Shown: positions 49,016 through 60,000 of the stretch, piece by piece
Position numbering within the stretch: the first letter of the stretch is position 1
How the letters are laid out: each line of letters begins with the position of its first letter
NCBI GenBank assembly: GCA_038087875.1
Contig: CM075989.1
Span: 10,232,001 to 10,292,000 of the forward strand
DNA: 60,000 bases
Reading direction: 5' to 3'
Source: Malacoraja senta
Taxonomy: Eukaryota
Notes under the pieces: model-generated
The model's input: the letters and a program-made list of their open reading frames with translations, nothing else
Databases searched by the model: none
What the model was told of the DNA's origin: nothing
Program-made: the position numbers and the translations under genes

Positions 49016-49091
49016 AATATCGGCATTAATGAGCCTGGAAACCAGGTCAGAGAGGTGATCGGGGACATGGCAGTACTGGATGATGAGAAAG
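49016..49091 (+). CDS. Candidate exon (76 nt), possibly carrying a start codon (MAVLDDEK)
   Basis: Long pyrimidine tract then gaag|AAT...AAAG|gtttgt; gacATGG at 49067. Confidence 0.25.
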
Positions 49092-50959
49092 GTTTGTATT
49101 TCTGTGTTGTGCCTTGCATCATCGCAGGATGCACCATTGCGTTTCACAACCAATGAAGTACTTTTTTAAGTGAATGCGGTGGTGTGGAATCATGGAGTTG
49201 TATAGAACTGAAACGGGCCCAGCGGCCCACTATGCCTACGCTGACCATTGCACCTGGACTAGTCTCAGTTGCCGCGTTAAGTCCATTCACTGGCGATTCA
49301 AATGTTTGTCTAGATGTATCTATGAAGAACAACTGCCAATTTGTGCAAGGCATGCTCATGAAAAAGAGCACCACAATAATGACCAGGTAACCTGTTTTAA
49401 AGAGTTTGGCTGAAAGATAAATAGTGAGCAGGATACTGGGGATAACTAAAAAAAGCATAAGGTACAAATAAAGAGTGTAATACAGCAGCAGTGATTTAGG
49501 GAGGCTCTAACTCTACCTCATTTGATGATTTGTTATTGTACCGTAGTATTTATTTTGCACTGCTTCAGATTGCACTCCAACCTTTGCACTCTTGTGTTGT
49601 TTTTCATTCATAATTGTACTTATTATTGCAGCTATCATTACCGTGTATATTATTTATTCAGTGAGCTTCATGAGGACAAAGAGTTTTATTGCACACTGGT
49701 GTATATGACAATAAGCCAAACTGAATTTTCATCTTAATTATTAATCTTTATTGCAAACAACAGAGGCCCCAGCACTGATCCTTGTGGAACACCACTGGTC
49801 ACAGATCTCCAGTGAAAAGTTCACCCCTCGACCACTGTCCTCTGCCTTCTACGACCAAGCTAATTTTGGATCCAATTTACTGACTCAACTGACTAACTTT
49901 CCAGACCCCTGAATTACTCACTGTAGGATTTACCACTTACAGAACTGCCTCTTCTCTGGCTGGGTATGGTGCTTCCAGCAGCCAATACCTTCCACTTATC
50001 ACCTCTGGGCAGGTACAAACCTGTCACATCAAATCCCAACCTGACCTTTTAGTGAAATACAACACATCTGGCCAAAAACATGACAGAAACATTCTCCCAG
50101 CGCAGGCAGAGAGAAGCTGGGTCACCGATGCAGTGTGTAAGATTCCAGCCAGGACATTCAAAAGGTGATGTCAAAGAGAACTCTTTGCCCAGAGACTAGT
50201 GGATGCCAAAGCTCTCAAAAAAGAAACCCTTGAGAGTTGTAGTCACATTTCAAAACAAAAGTAGGTAACATTATATTGAGCAAATTTATCAAACCTAAGG
50301 CAACAAATGGTGTGGACAATCAGGACAGATCCTGGCGTGACGTTAGGTAAATCATCATCCCAAAGCAAGCATGACTTTGTCAGATTGTCACAGGGAGCAA
50401 ACTGGTTCATTGATTAGCATGGGTTTCAAAGGTTAAGGGGAGAAGGCAGAAGAATGGGAAGGCAGAGAGGGAAAGATAGATCAGCCATGATTGAATGGTG
50501 CAGTGGACTTGAGGTGCCAAAGGGCCTAATTCTGCTCCGATAACTTATGAATTTATGAATTAAAGCTTCTCCAGTGTAGGGAACCTGTCACTTTTGGCCA
50601 GTCTTGAGTCTGAGTCTACACAACACTCCAGTTCCATGACAATCGCTCTCCAAAATATACCAATCCAGCCCGTTTATCAACCTATACAGTCACCATCCAT
50701 TGAGGGCAGTTGAGATGTGCAACCACTGTGGGTTTTTCAAGCAATGTCCGTCTTCAAAGGACATTATTTGTGTAAATCCCACCTGCATTATTTGCACAGG
50801 ATTCATGCTTTGGTTCAAGGCAGCTGAAGGCTTGACTAAAGAAGTGGATTTTTTTCCCACTGGGCACAAGATAAAAGCTCATGGCAGTCATTTGCTCTTC
50901 ACTCCCATGAATCGTGCCCATGTTGCAAGGTCATTCCTTCAGGCCATGATACTGGTACA

Positions 50960-51305
50960 TAATCTGTGCTGGTCTTTCACTGCAGTACTGAGGGAGCACT
51001 GCATTGTGGGAGGTGCTGGAGTTTTTTAGATATAACATAAAACTAAGATCCTGCCTACCCCATCTGAATGAGAAGCATTGCAAGACACAATTCAAAGAAA
51101 TTGTCTGAGTCAATATTAATTCTTCAACTAAGATCACCCAAACAGATTTTTTTGCTCATGATCACAATATTGATTGTAGGGGGTTTGCAGTGCACATTTT
51201 GGCTGCCAACATTTCTACACGATGACAGTGCCTGCATTGCTTTGGCTATGGTACGCTTTTGAATGATCTGGATCATAAAGACCTTCAATTAATCCACGTT
51301 CTTTC
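50960..51305 (+). mobile_element. Ancient DeuSINE/SacSINE1-like relic
   Basis: gcagtactgagggagcactgcattgt and Deu-domain-type core. Confidence 0.55.
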
Positions 51306-51504
51306 ATCTCATCCGGTGCTCTTTGGAACTCATTGCCTATAGGGCTGGTAGATACAGACATCATCCAGTCTTTCCAAAAGAGAATTAGGGCAGGCATTTC
51401 CAGAAAAAAAAACATTTGCCAGGCTATGTGTAAAGAGGAGGAAAAGGGATGGAGGGCTTCAGTTCTGAAGGAGCCAGTGCAGACTCAATGGCCAAACGAC
51501 TCGA

Positions 51505-51835
51505 GTCATAGAGTCATACAGCGTGGAAACAGGCCCTTCGGCCCAACTTGCCCATGTCAACCAACATGCCCCATCTACACAGGTCCAACCTGCCTGTGTT
51601 TGGCCTATATCCCTCTAAACCTATCCTATCCATGTACCTGTCTAAATTATTTAATGTTGTGACAGGACCTATCTCAACTACTTTCTCTGGCAGCTCGTTC
51701 CATACACCTACCACCCTTTGTGTAAAAAAGTGGCACCTCAGGTTCCTATTAAATCTTAAACCTATGTCCTCTGGTTCTCGATTCCCCTACGCTGGGTGAA
51801 AGTGTACATTTACCCTATCTATTCCTCTAATGATC
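51505..51835 (-). mobile_element. CR1-type LINE 3' fragment
   Basis: FTQRVVGVWNELP...LDRYMD remnant and tail. Confidence 0.85.
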
Positions 51836-52379
51836 GTAAAAATGTATATTTATGGTCATCTCTTCCCAATGGAAGCTGAATTCCAACACCCACCTTTATC
51901 TTCCTGGGGATGTTTATTCAGGCCCATTTTACCAACTCCATTGTAACGTCTATCTTATTAACCATCCTCAGTAAAGACACTATATTGATCCCATTACCAC
52001 CTCTCCCAAGGCCATGTTGCTTACAAATTCTATTTCACCATTCATTAATACACTAAAGAGCACATGTAGGCCTAATCAGATCTCCCCAAAAAAGTTGTCC
52101 GATTCAACAACAACAAAATTCAATTCAACACCGGCATTTCGCTCGTGAGTTTATGCACTAAAGCAGGACTTGAAGTTCCCATCAGGAAGTGTGCAGAGTA
52201 TGAGTGGTAGTCCCATGCACTGGGACCAGGTCCAGCAAGTCTTGCATGAGGTGTGGAGATACAAAGAACTGCTGACACTGGAATCTTGAGCAAAACACAG
52301 CCACTTGGCCTCTCCTCCGTCGTTACGATTCCACCCACCCCTCGCACAGGAAACTGGTCCAGTCTCAAATGAGACCAAT

Positions 52380-52660
52380 TTAGTTTAGAGATCAAAACAT
52401 GTAAACAGGCCCGAAGGCCCACTGAGTCCATTGATCACCCATTCACACTAGTTCTATGATATCCCACTTTCCCTACATATTAGGGGCAATTTACAGAGGT
52501 CAATTAATCTACAAACTCACACGTCTTAGAGATGTGGGAGGAAACCTACACAGCCACAGGGAGAATGTGCAAACTCCAAACAGACAGCACCCAAGGTCGG
52601 GATCCAAACCAAGCCTCTGGCGCTGTGAGGCAGTGGCTCTACCAGCTGTGCCACTGGGCC
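52380..52660 (-). mobile_element. HE1-type V-SINE (older)
   Basis: Head-core-tail similarity. Confidence 0.8.
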
Positions 52661-55600
52661 ACCCTTTGAGTCTTATGCTGAAATAGTTATTCTTCCTGTG
52701 GCTTAGCAGCGCATAAAGCACAGAGTATGCCCTGCCAGTGTAAAGCAAACACGTTCAAACAAACATATGAACATACAAATTAGGAACAGGCACAAGCTCG
52801 TCTACTCTCCAGCCTGAGCTGTTGTAACCTCAACTCTCCATTACTGAACACCCGCAGTAACCTTTCACCCCTTGATAAAACCCTTGAAAAGATATTCAAA
52901 GTCTCTTTTCACCTCCCTTGCCTGATCAGGGATACAAGATTCAGAATGTCAGTGTAATGGGGGAGGAAGGGTGAAGGATGAAAGTAGGAAATTCACCTTT
53001 AATTTTAATTATTGTTAGAGAAATAGACATCTTTTTTTTTTTAAGTTCCCAAGACTCGCAACTCTCAGAGAAACAAAAGTTTGCCACATATTGTGTTAAA
53101 TGGCTGACCCCTTATTTTCAAACTGATGCCTAGCTCCACATTCTCCCACAAAAGGAAACATCCACATCGTCAAACCCCTCAGGATCTTCTATGTTTAAAT
53201 GTCCTCTCACTCTTCTAAACTCCGCTATCAAACCATCTAAGGGTTCTAGACCTGAAACATACCACAGATGCTGTCTGACCTAGAGTCATACAGCATAGAA
53301 ATGGGCCCTTCAGCCCACCAGGTCCGTGCCGACCATCAACCACCTATTGACACTTATCCCATGTTAATCCCTTTTTTAAATTCTCCCCACACTTCCATCA
53401 ATTCGCCCCAGATTCTCCCACTCACTTACACACTGTGGACAATTTAGAGCACCTGTTCGGTACTTTTGTAGACATGGCGATGCTTGTGTACTGTCTAGGC
53501 TGTAGGTAAAACAAACCCAGGTACATGTGACAATAAAGTATCTGCCCACCAATCTATCTATCGAGCTTACAGCAGCCAAGTAACCTACCAACCCACAGGT
53601 CCTGGGAGCAAAGCCGAACACCAGGGTGGAAACCCATATGGTCACTGGGAGAACGTGCAAACTCCACACAACCTGAGGCCTGGATCAAAACCTGGAGCCT
53701 TGAGGCAGCAACTCTGAAACTCCTACTGATCGTTTCCAGCAATCTTTTTTTTTTGGTCAGATTTCCAACATCTGCAAGCTTTTGATTTTCAGTTGCACCA
53801 GAACCCTCTCCTTCTTGTCTTCTACCTACTTGCATTTATTCCCTCTGCGCCAACCACCACCAGACCCCAACATGTTTAGTTTTTTTTTGTAATTCCTCAT
53901 TCTCTGGTCTGTTTCTTTCATTGCAGCCACAGTCCACATATCCCATTCCCCGAGGACCGATGTGTAAACCTCTTTGCAAATAAAACTTGATGTGTTTAAA
54001 TACCTCACCCTTGACGATAGCACGCTATTATAATCGGAAGCTGTCTGTCAACTTCTGTCTGCAGAACAGCTATGAGCCTGTGTGTTTGGCTGGCAATGCT
54101 TTCTGCTCTGCCTGGTCCCAGCACACTCACTTAATAGCTGCCAGTTGTGCCCTTGCAAACTGTTGACCTCTCGGGCTATTTAAGGTAATTTGTTTGCTGG
54201 GCAAAATTGATTTAATGTACTTGTTTTTTTCTTTTATTTCCACCTATTTTGCAACTCCCCTCCCACCAGCAGCATCACGCAATCTCCCGCCCTTCATTTT
54301 GCTGTGGGTCGGTGCACCCCCTCCTCCAAAGGACTGGTCTTTAATGAGGCGGCTTCAAAGTGCGATTGCTCGGCAGCTTTGCATGTTTGGGACGGAGCGA
54401 GGGTTGGAACTGATGCACAGTGACTGCATTTTCACCAGTCTTTCCTCCTTTAGTCTCCACAATGTGGAAAGCATTAGCAACAAAATACACTGATTGCCCA
54501 GGCTTCACTTTAATGTTTGCAGTTCTTTGGATTTTATTATTTTATGACTCTGCAGTAAAAAAGCCTTTCTCAGGTCCCCCAAATTACCTCCTCTCTTGGG
54601 CGAGAGACCGAGAGCTCCATTAAACCCAGCTCTTGTGCTGTGTGTCGTTAACTCGTGTCAAGACCATTGGCTCTGGAATGATGGTGGGGGTGGGAGAGAG
54701 CCGAGTGTCTGACGCGCCCCAGACCAGGGTTATTATTCCCTGTGTACATTTCACATAGTGCGGATAAATCTCAACCTGGTCCGACGCAAGAATCCAGGGG
54801 GGTTCTGCGGATTCTTGGAAGCGGCCGACTCGCCCCGCGTCGTAACTGGGGTATCCAACCACACTGGCCTCAGCTGTGATCCCCGCACAGAGCGAAATCA
54901 TCCGCTGCAGGAACCCGGCGGGTCAGGCAGCATCTGTGGAGGGAATGCACAGACGAAGTTATGGGTCGGGACTCTTCTTCAGACTGGTGTAGCAGGGGGG
55001 CAGAAAGCTGGAAAAGAGAGGCGAGGACGGGACAAAGCCAAATAACTGCAGATAGACACAAAATGCTGGAGTAACTCAGCGGGACAGGCAGCAGCATCTC
55101 TGGAGAACATGGATAGGTGATGTTTCAGGTTGAAATATTTCAGACTAAATGGGATGAGATGGGGGGAAGGGGGGAAGAAAGCTGGAAGAGCCTTATAGAT
55201 AGGTGGATACAGGTGAAAGGGGTTGATTGGAAGTAAGTGACAAAAGTTAGTGAAATGGAGACCAAAGGGCCTCAGACAAGGAGAAAGAGGAGGAAGGAAA
55301 TGTAAAGCCAGAGGGAGGAACGGAGGGAGTTGGGTGGAGAAAAGAAGGAAACTAGAACGCCCGGAGAAAATCCACCAGGAGAACGTGCAAACTCCGTACA
55401 GACAGTACCCGTAGTTGGGATCGAACCCGGGTCTCTGGCGCTGTCAGGCAGCACTCTACCGCTGCGCCACTGTAAATGTATTTGAATATCAAAGCAGCTT
55501 TAAAAAACTATTACAAGCTCTTCAAAATTTTTTTTTAAATGCTGCTACTGGTAATCAGAAATAAAACCAAACAAAAATGCTGGGAAAAACTCAGTAGGAC

Positions 55601-56030
55601 AGGCTGCATCAGTGGAGAGAGAGAGACAAAGTTAAGATTTCAGGTTCAAATTAATAGCCTCAAACCATATTGTCAACTTTCCACTTCCCCCAAAGATGTT
55701 GCCTGATCCACTGAGTTTGTCCAGTGAGTTTATATTTGTTTAAGGTTTCAGGGTGATGACCATTTCCCAGTTGAGATGAAGAGTCTTTGACATAACCCAG
55801 TGTTTCTCTGTTCAGATGCTGCCTTACCTGATGAGTATTTTAAGTCTTTTCCCCTTGTTACAAACCCATTTCAGTTTAGACCGGTGGTGTTGCTCCACCT
55901 CTCCCTTTATCTCCTGTCACAGAGTGCCAGGGGTCCTGGGAACAGGATCTCAGTAACAATCTCCTTAGTCCATGACTGGAGACTCAGCTGGAGTGATCTC
56001 CCACCCTGCCAGATAGGTGTGGTCTAATTT

Positions 56031-56343
56031 GTTTTAGTTTAGTTTAGAGATACAGTGCGGAAACAGGCCATTCGGCCCACCGGGTCCGCGCCGACCAGCG
56101 ATCGCCGCACATTAACACTATCCTACACCCACTAGGGAAAATGTTTACATTTACCAAGCCAATTAACGTACAAACCTGTACGTCTTTGGAGTGTGGGAGG
56201 AAACCGAAGATCTCGGAGAAAACTCACGCAGATCACGGGGAGAACGTACGAACTCTGTACAGACAGCACCCGTAGTCAGGATCAAACCCAGGTCTCCGGC
56301 ACTGCATTCGGTGTAAAGCAGCAACTCTACCACTGCGCCATCG
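56031..56343 (-). mobile_element. HE1-type V-SINE (young, CpG-rich)
   Basis: Near-consensus full-length copy. Confidence 0.92.
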
Positions 56344-59300
56344 TAGGAGGCGCAGCGGTAATTCCAGGGACCTGATCCAAACCGACCCCTGTCCACTCTA
56401 TCCACAGATGCTGCCTGACCCACTGAGTTCCTGCAGCACTCTGTGTTTTGCTCGAGGTTCCAGAATTTACAATTCCTTGTGTCTCCAGATTGAAGTTCCA
56501 TCTGGCCCAAAATATTTGCTCAGCTCTTTGGGAATTTGGGGGAATGACTTCCATCATCTGCACCAAATGGGATCCCGGTCATGAATCTGCAACACCTGGT
56601 GCAAAGAGAAAATCTACCTCTTGCCACAAGTGCATAATGTTGAGAGAAAAGCACACACTTTTTAATGCAGTCTTCAGGAAATTAGTGAGGGCGCCTGCCT
56701 TCTTGAGTCAGATGGTTGTAGATTTGAGCCTTTCTCCAGGGCTTTGATCAGTAAATCGAGGCTAGCAGAGAGGGAGAGTTGTCTGCCAGGAGAGATGGTA
56801 AACCAAGGTCTAGTCTTCTCTCTCATGAGGATGTAAAAAAAAAAATCATTGCATTATTACAAAGAAGAACAGGAGAGTTTTCCCCAGGTTCCTGGCCCCT
56901 ATTTACCCCATCATCTATATTTGTGGTAATCAACATTTGTACACTCCCCATCCAATGATTCAATTGGCTACTAGCGTGGGTTGATCCCTAGGGCCCCGAT
57001 AAGTAGCAAAGGTTTAATGTCTAACGTCTGGTGCATTTTACGGAGCGCAGCCAAGATGACTCAAGGGTCACTCTAACTGTCCTAGCAGTTCTTGCATGAT
57101 TTCAATGCAAGAACAGTGAAAGAAGTTAGTTCCAAGCAATGGCACACATATAATTGATAAGCAATTCCTGTACATTAGGTGTCATCTGCAAGCACTCAAA
57201 CTCAACCTTGATCCGTCCAAATGGCCGTACAATTGACATCTGTCATTGGGTTGTGGTTCTATTACTTTGCATTAAGTGCACAGTTCAATATCCCCTTCTA
57301 TATTAAGCTGCTGACAAGCTGATTTCATACAGCATTTCTATTCTATTGTCAGCGTTGTCCTTGAACCATTAACATCGTGTCTGAAGATTGTTCATTCTTG
57401 GACCTTTACAGAGAATGAAAACAAATGAATCCTTTGAAAATGATAGAAAGAAAGGGCTTTTATTTCTATGACGGTTTCTTGATTTCCCCAACTTCTATTC
57501 AGCCGATGAATTGCTTTTGAAGTGCACTCGTTGTTACAATGCAGGAGAAATGTCAGCCAATTTACACACAGCGACGTGATTAGAAGTGTTGGACTTGTCA
57601 CATATCATGTCATGTCTTCTTCTGATAAGGAAGGTCAGTTGGCAATTTGAAGCGACTCAGGAAATGACAGGTACACACTCCAAGTGCAGCGAGCTATAAC
57701 ATTTCCAAAGGACAGCTCTGGTTGTAATTGTGCACCTGGCAAATGGACGTGAACATCAAGACTTCATACTGCTCAGGCAGAGGTGCTATAATCCCAATTT
57801 TAACTCGATTAGATTAAAACTGACTCATCGGGTCAGGCAGCATCTGTGGAGGGAAACAGTTCAGCCAATGTGCTCCTCCTCCTACACCACGACCAACCTA
57901 GATCCTCCCTCTCATGCCCTTCCTTCCCACAACACCATGCCCCTCTCACCCAGCTTCTTTCCCACCCTCTCCATCTGCCCATCTCACGTGGGCCTACCCA
58001 TCATGTGCCAGCTCTTGCACCACCCATCTCACCTCATACTAGCCATCACCTCTCCAATCCTTTAGTTCAGAGGAAGGGTCTCAACCCGAAACGCGACTGT
58101 CCATTTCCCTCCACAGATGCTGCCTGATCCACTGAGTTGGGTGACCTCTATACTGTAATATTGAGTAATGATTCAAAGGCTGTGAAGGAATAATTATGGT
58201 GAGGTACTGTTAGCATGCAGGAGGATGGTGCTGCTGTGTGTTCAGATGGTGTTGCCAGGAGGTGGCCTGTAGATGATATGTGAAAGGGTCAAAGGCAGAT
58301 GCAGTAACAATGCAGTAACAATGCAGTAACAATGCAGTGGGGAGGAGGGACATTTGTACCAATTTTGCCAGTTTTCCCCTCCAGACTTGTTGGATTATCA
58401 CACACCTTCCCCTTGATCCATGCACCCTTTTTTTAAATCATTGATCACTCCTTGTCTTCCAACCTATTACAGACCTTCCCTTTTCTTCACTCTTCCCCTC
58501 CCATTCTCTGACACTGTGCTGTTTTACTCACCATCCCATCTCTGATTTCCCCAGTCCTGATGAAAAGGCGTGGGCCTGATGCAAGAACTCTGTCTCTCCA
58601 TCAGAATTGCTGCCTGACCTGTGAAATATTTCCACCGCTCTCTCTTTGTTTCTGAAGTGGCCTGCAGCTTTGTTCCAGCCCGGTGCAGTTGTCTATATGA
58701 GTGTTTCTGTTTAGATGGGGGCATGGGTGAAGAGTGACTCATGCACAAAGGCATTTACCGCAGTATATGCACCAGCATGTAATAAAGGCCTTTGAAATCT
58801 ACTAAGCCATCAATTACATGCTTATAGTAAAGTAAATATAGAACGTCAGTGGAAAAGTAGCTTTGTGTGAATGAAAGATAATTGTGGCACTTGGGTGCAT
58901 AATAAGATAATACTGGCATGCAACAGGCAATCTGAAGTGGCTTATTGTGACTTGTTTTGTTTTTGCTTGCTACTAGTAAAACCAACCCATAATAAAGGTC
59001 CTCTGAAAACTCAATAAGTCTATAAAGAGTTATCCCTACTTGATATCCTGTCCCAATCGGTTTCCCCAACTCTGGACTCAATGCAAACAATTTTTTTATC
59101 TAAGTTATCCAACATTTTCCATTTTTTAAACATTGACTCACTCCCTCTTTCTGTAGATGCTCCTTGACCTAATGTACTTGCACTAAACTAGTTGTCACTG
59201 TGACAGCAGTAAGTGTCCACACAATTAGCCATAATAGCCATAGGCAAAACAGGGAGTGGCGGGGTTTGGGAGATTGGAAATGATCCCAAACCTTTCTCCT

Positions 59301-59396
59301 AATGCCTCAGAACGTTTAACAGTTCAGTGAAGTGGCGCAAAGAGAATACCAGGACCAGGAGACCAGAAGCAAAGGGGCAACACATTAAAACTGGAG

Positions 59397-59550
59397 ATAG
59401 ATACAAAAAGCTGGAGTAACTCAGCAGGACAGACAGCACCTCTGGTCTCGACCCGAAACATCACCCATTCCTTCTCCCCAGAGATGCTGCCTGTCCCGCT
59501 GAGTTACTCCAGCATTTTGTGTCTATCATCAGCATCTGCACTTCCTTCAT
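59397..59550. mobile_element. Inverted Penelope-like pLTR pair
   Basis: Self-complementary arms; 17-bp duplication ACACATTAAAACTGGAG. Confidence 0.88.
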
Positions 59551-59659
59551 ACACATTAAAACTGGAGGCAGGCTGTTCTGTGGTGATAAACATGGAGTCA
59601 CAGAGGAGAGTAAAAAGTCAGACAATCCAACGATATCAACATTGAATTCTCCAATTTGA

Positions 59660-59800
59660 GGTAATTAACCAAACCAGGTGGTGAAAATGCCGGAGGATTA
59701 TGCTTTGGATGTGGAGTGAGGCCACATGCAAGCTGAAGGAACAACAGCTCATATCCCACTTGGGTAGCATACAACCCAACGGTATGAACATTGAAATCAC
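59660..59800 (+). mobile_element. Penelope-like GIY-YIG C-terminal remnant
   Basis: SEATCKLKEQQLISHLGSIQPNGMNIE..FR* resembles 20850-20956. Confidence 0.75.
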
Positions 59801-60000
59801 CACTTTTAGATAACTAACCAAACCTGAGCCCCTCTTTCCCTTAAATCAGACTTCCATCCCTCCCTTTCTCTGTGGTCTCCTCCAACCCTTCTTGATAGTT
59901 TGCACTGCAAGGAATGATTTACCCAGATAGTTAACTGTACATTTCTTTGTTGTGTTGCTACATTTAATTTACCTGTAAATGTTTTTGCTGACATCTCCGG

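Overview
Repeat-rich vertebrate genomic DNA. The repeat complement points to a cartilaginous fish, probably a skate or ray (inference): HE1-type tRNA-derived V-SINEs, HER1/CR1-type LINE ends, DeuSINE/SacSINE1-like relics and Penelope-like fragments. No host protein-coding gene could be identified with confidence; the window looks intronic or intergenic, with a few weak exon candidates and one 200-N gap. The strongest signal is a ~135-140 bp short retroelement in two copies (1717-1850 and 4236-4375, minus strand). Its first 54 nt fold into a minimal HDV-like self-cleaving ribozyme, followed by a hairpin, an (AAG)n-type tail and target-site duplications, i.e. a ribozyme-headed SINE/SIDE-like element. 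Separately, about 20 Penelope-derived short inserts carry a minimal hammerhead ribozyme core (CUGAAGA-stem II-GAAACGUC); several are inverted pairs and several have 9-17 bp target duplications. Also present: a GIY-YIG Penelope fragment, a HERO-like restriction-like endonuclease fragment, RTE, L1 and Rex1-like fragments, a four-copy MITE family, and a 1.1 kb unit bounded by terminal inverted repeats that encloses exon-like sequence. Repeat boundaries are approximate unless defined by a TSD or TIR.
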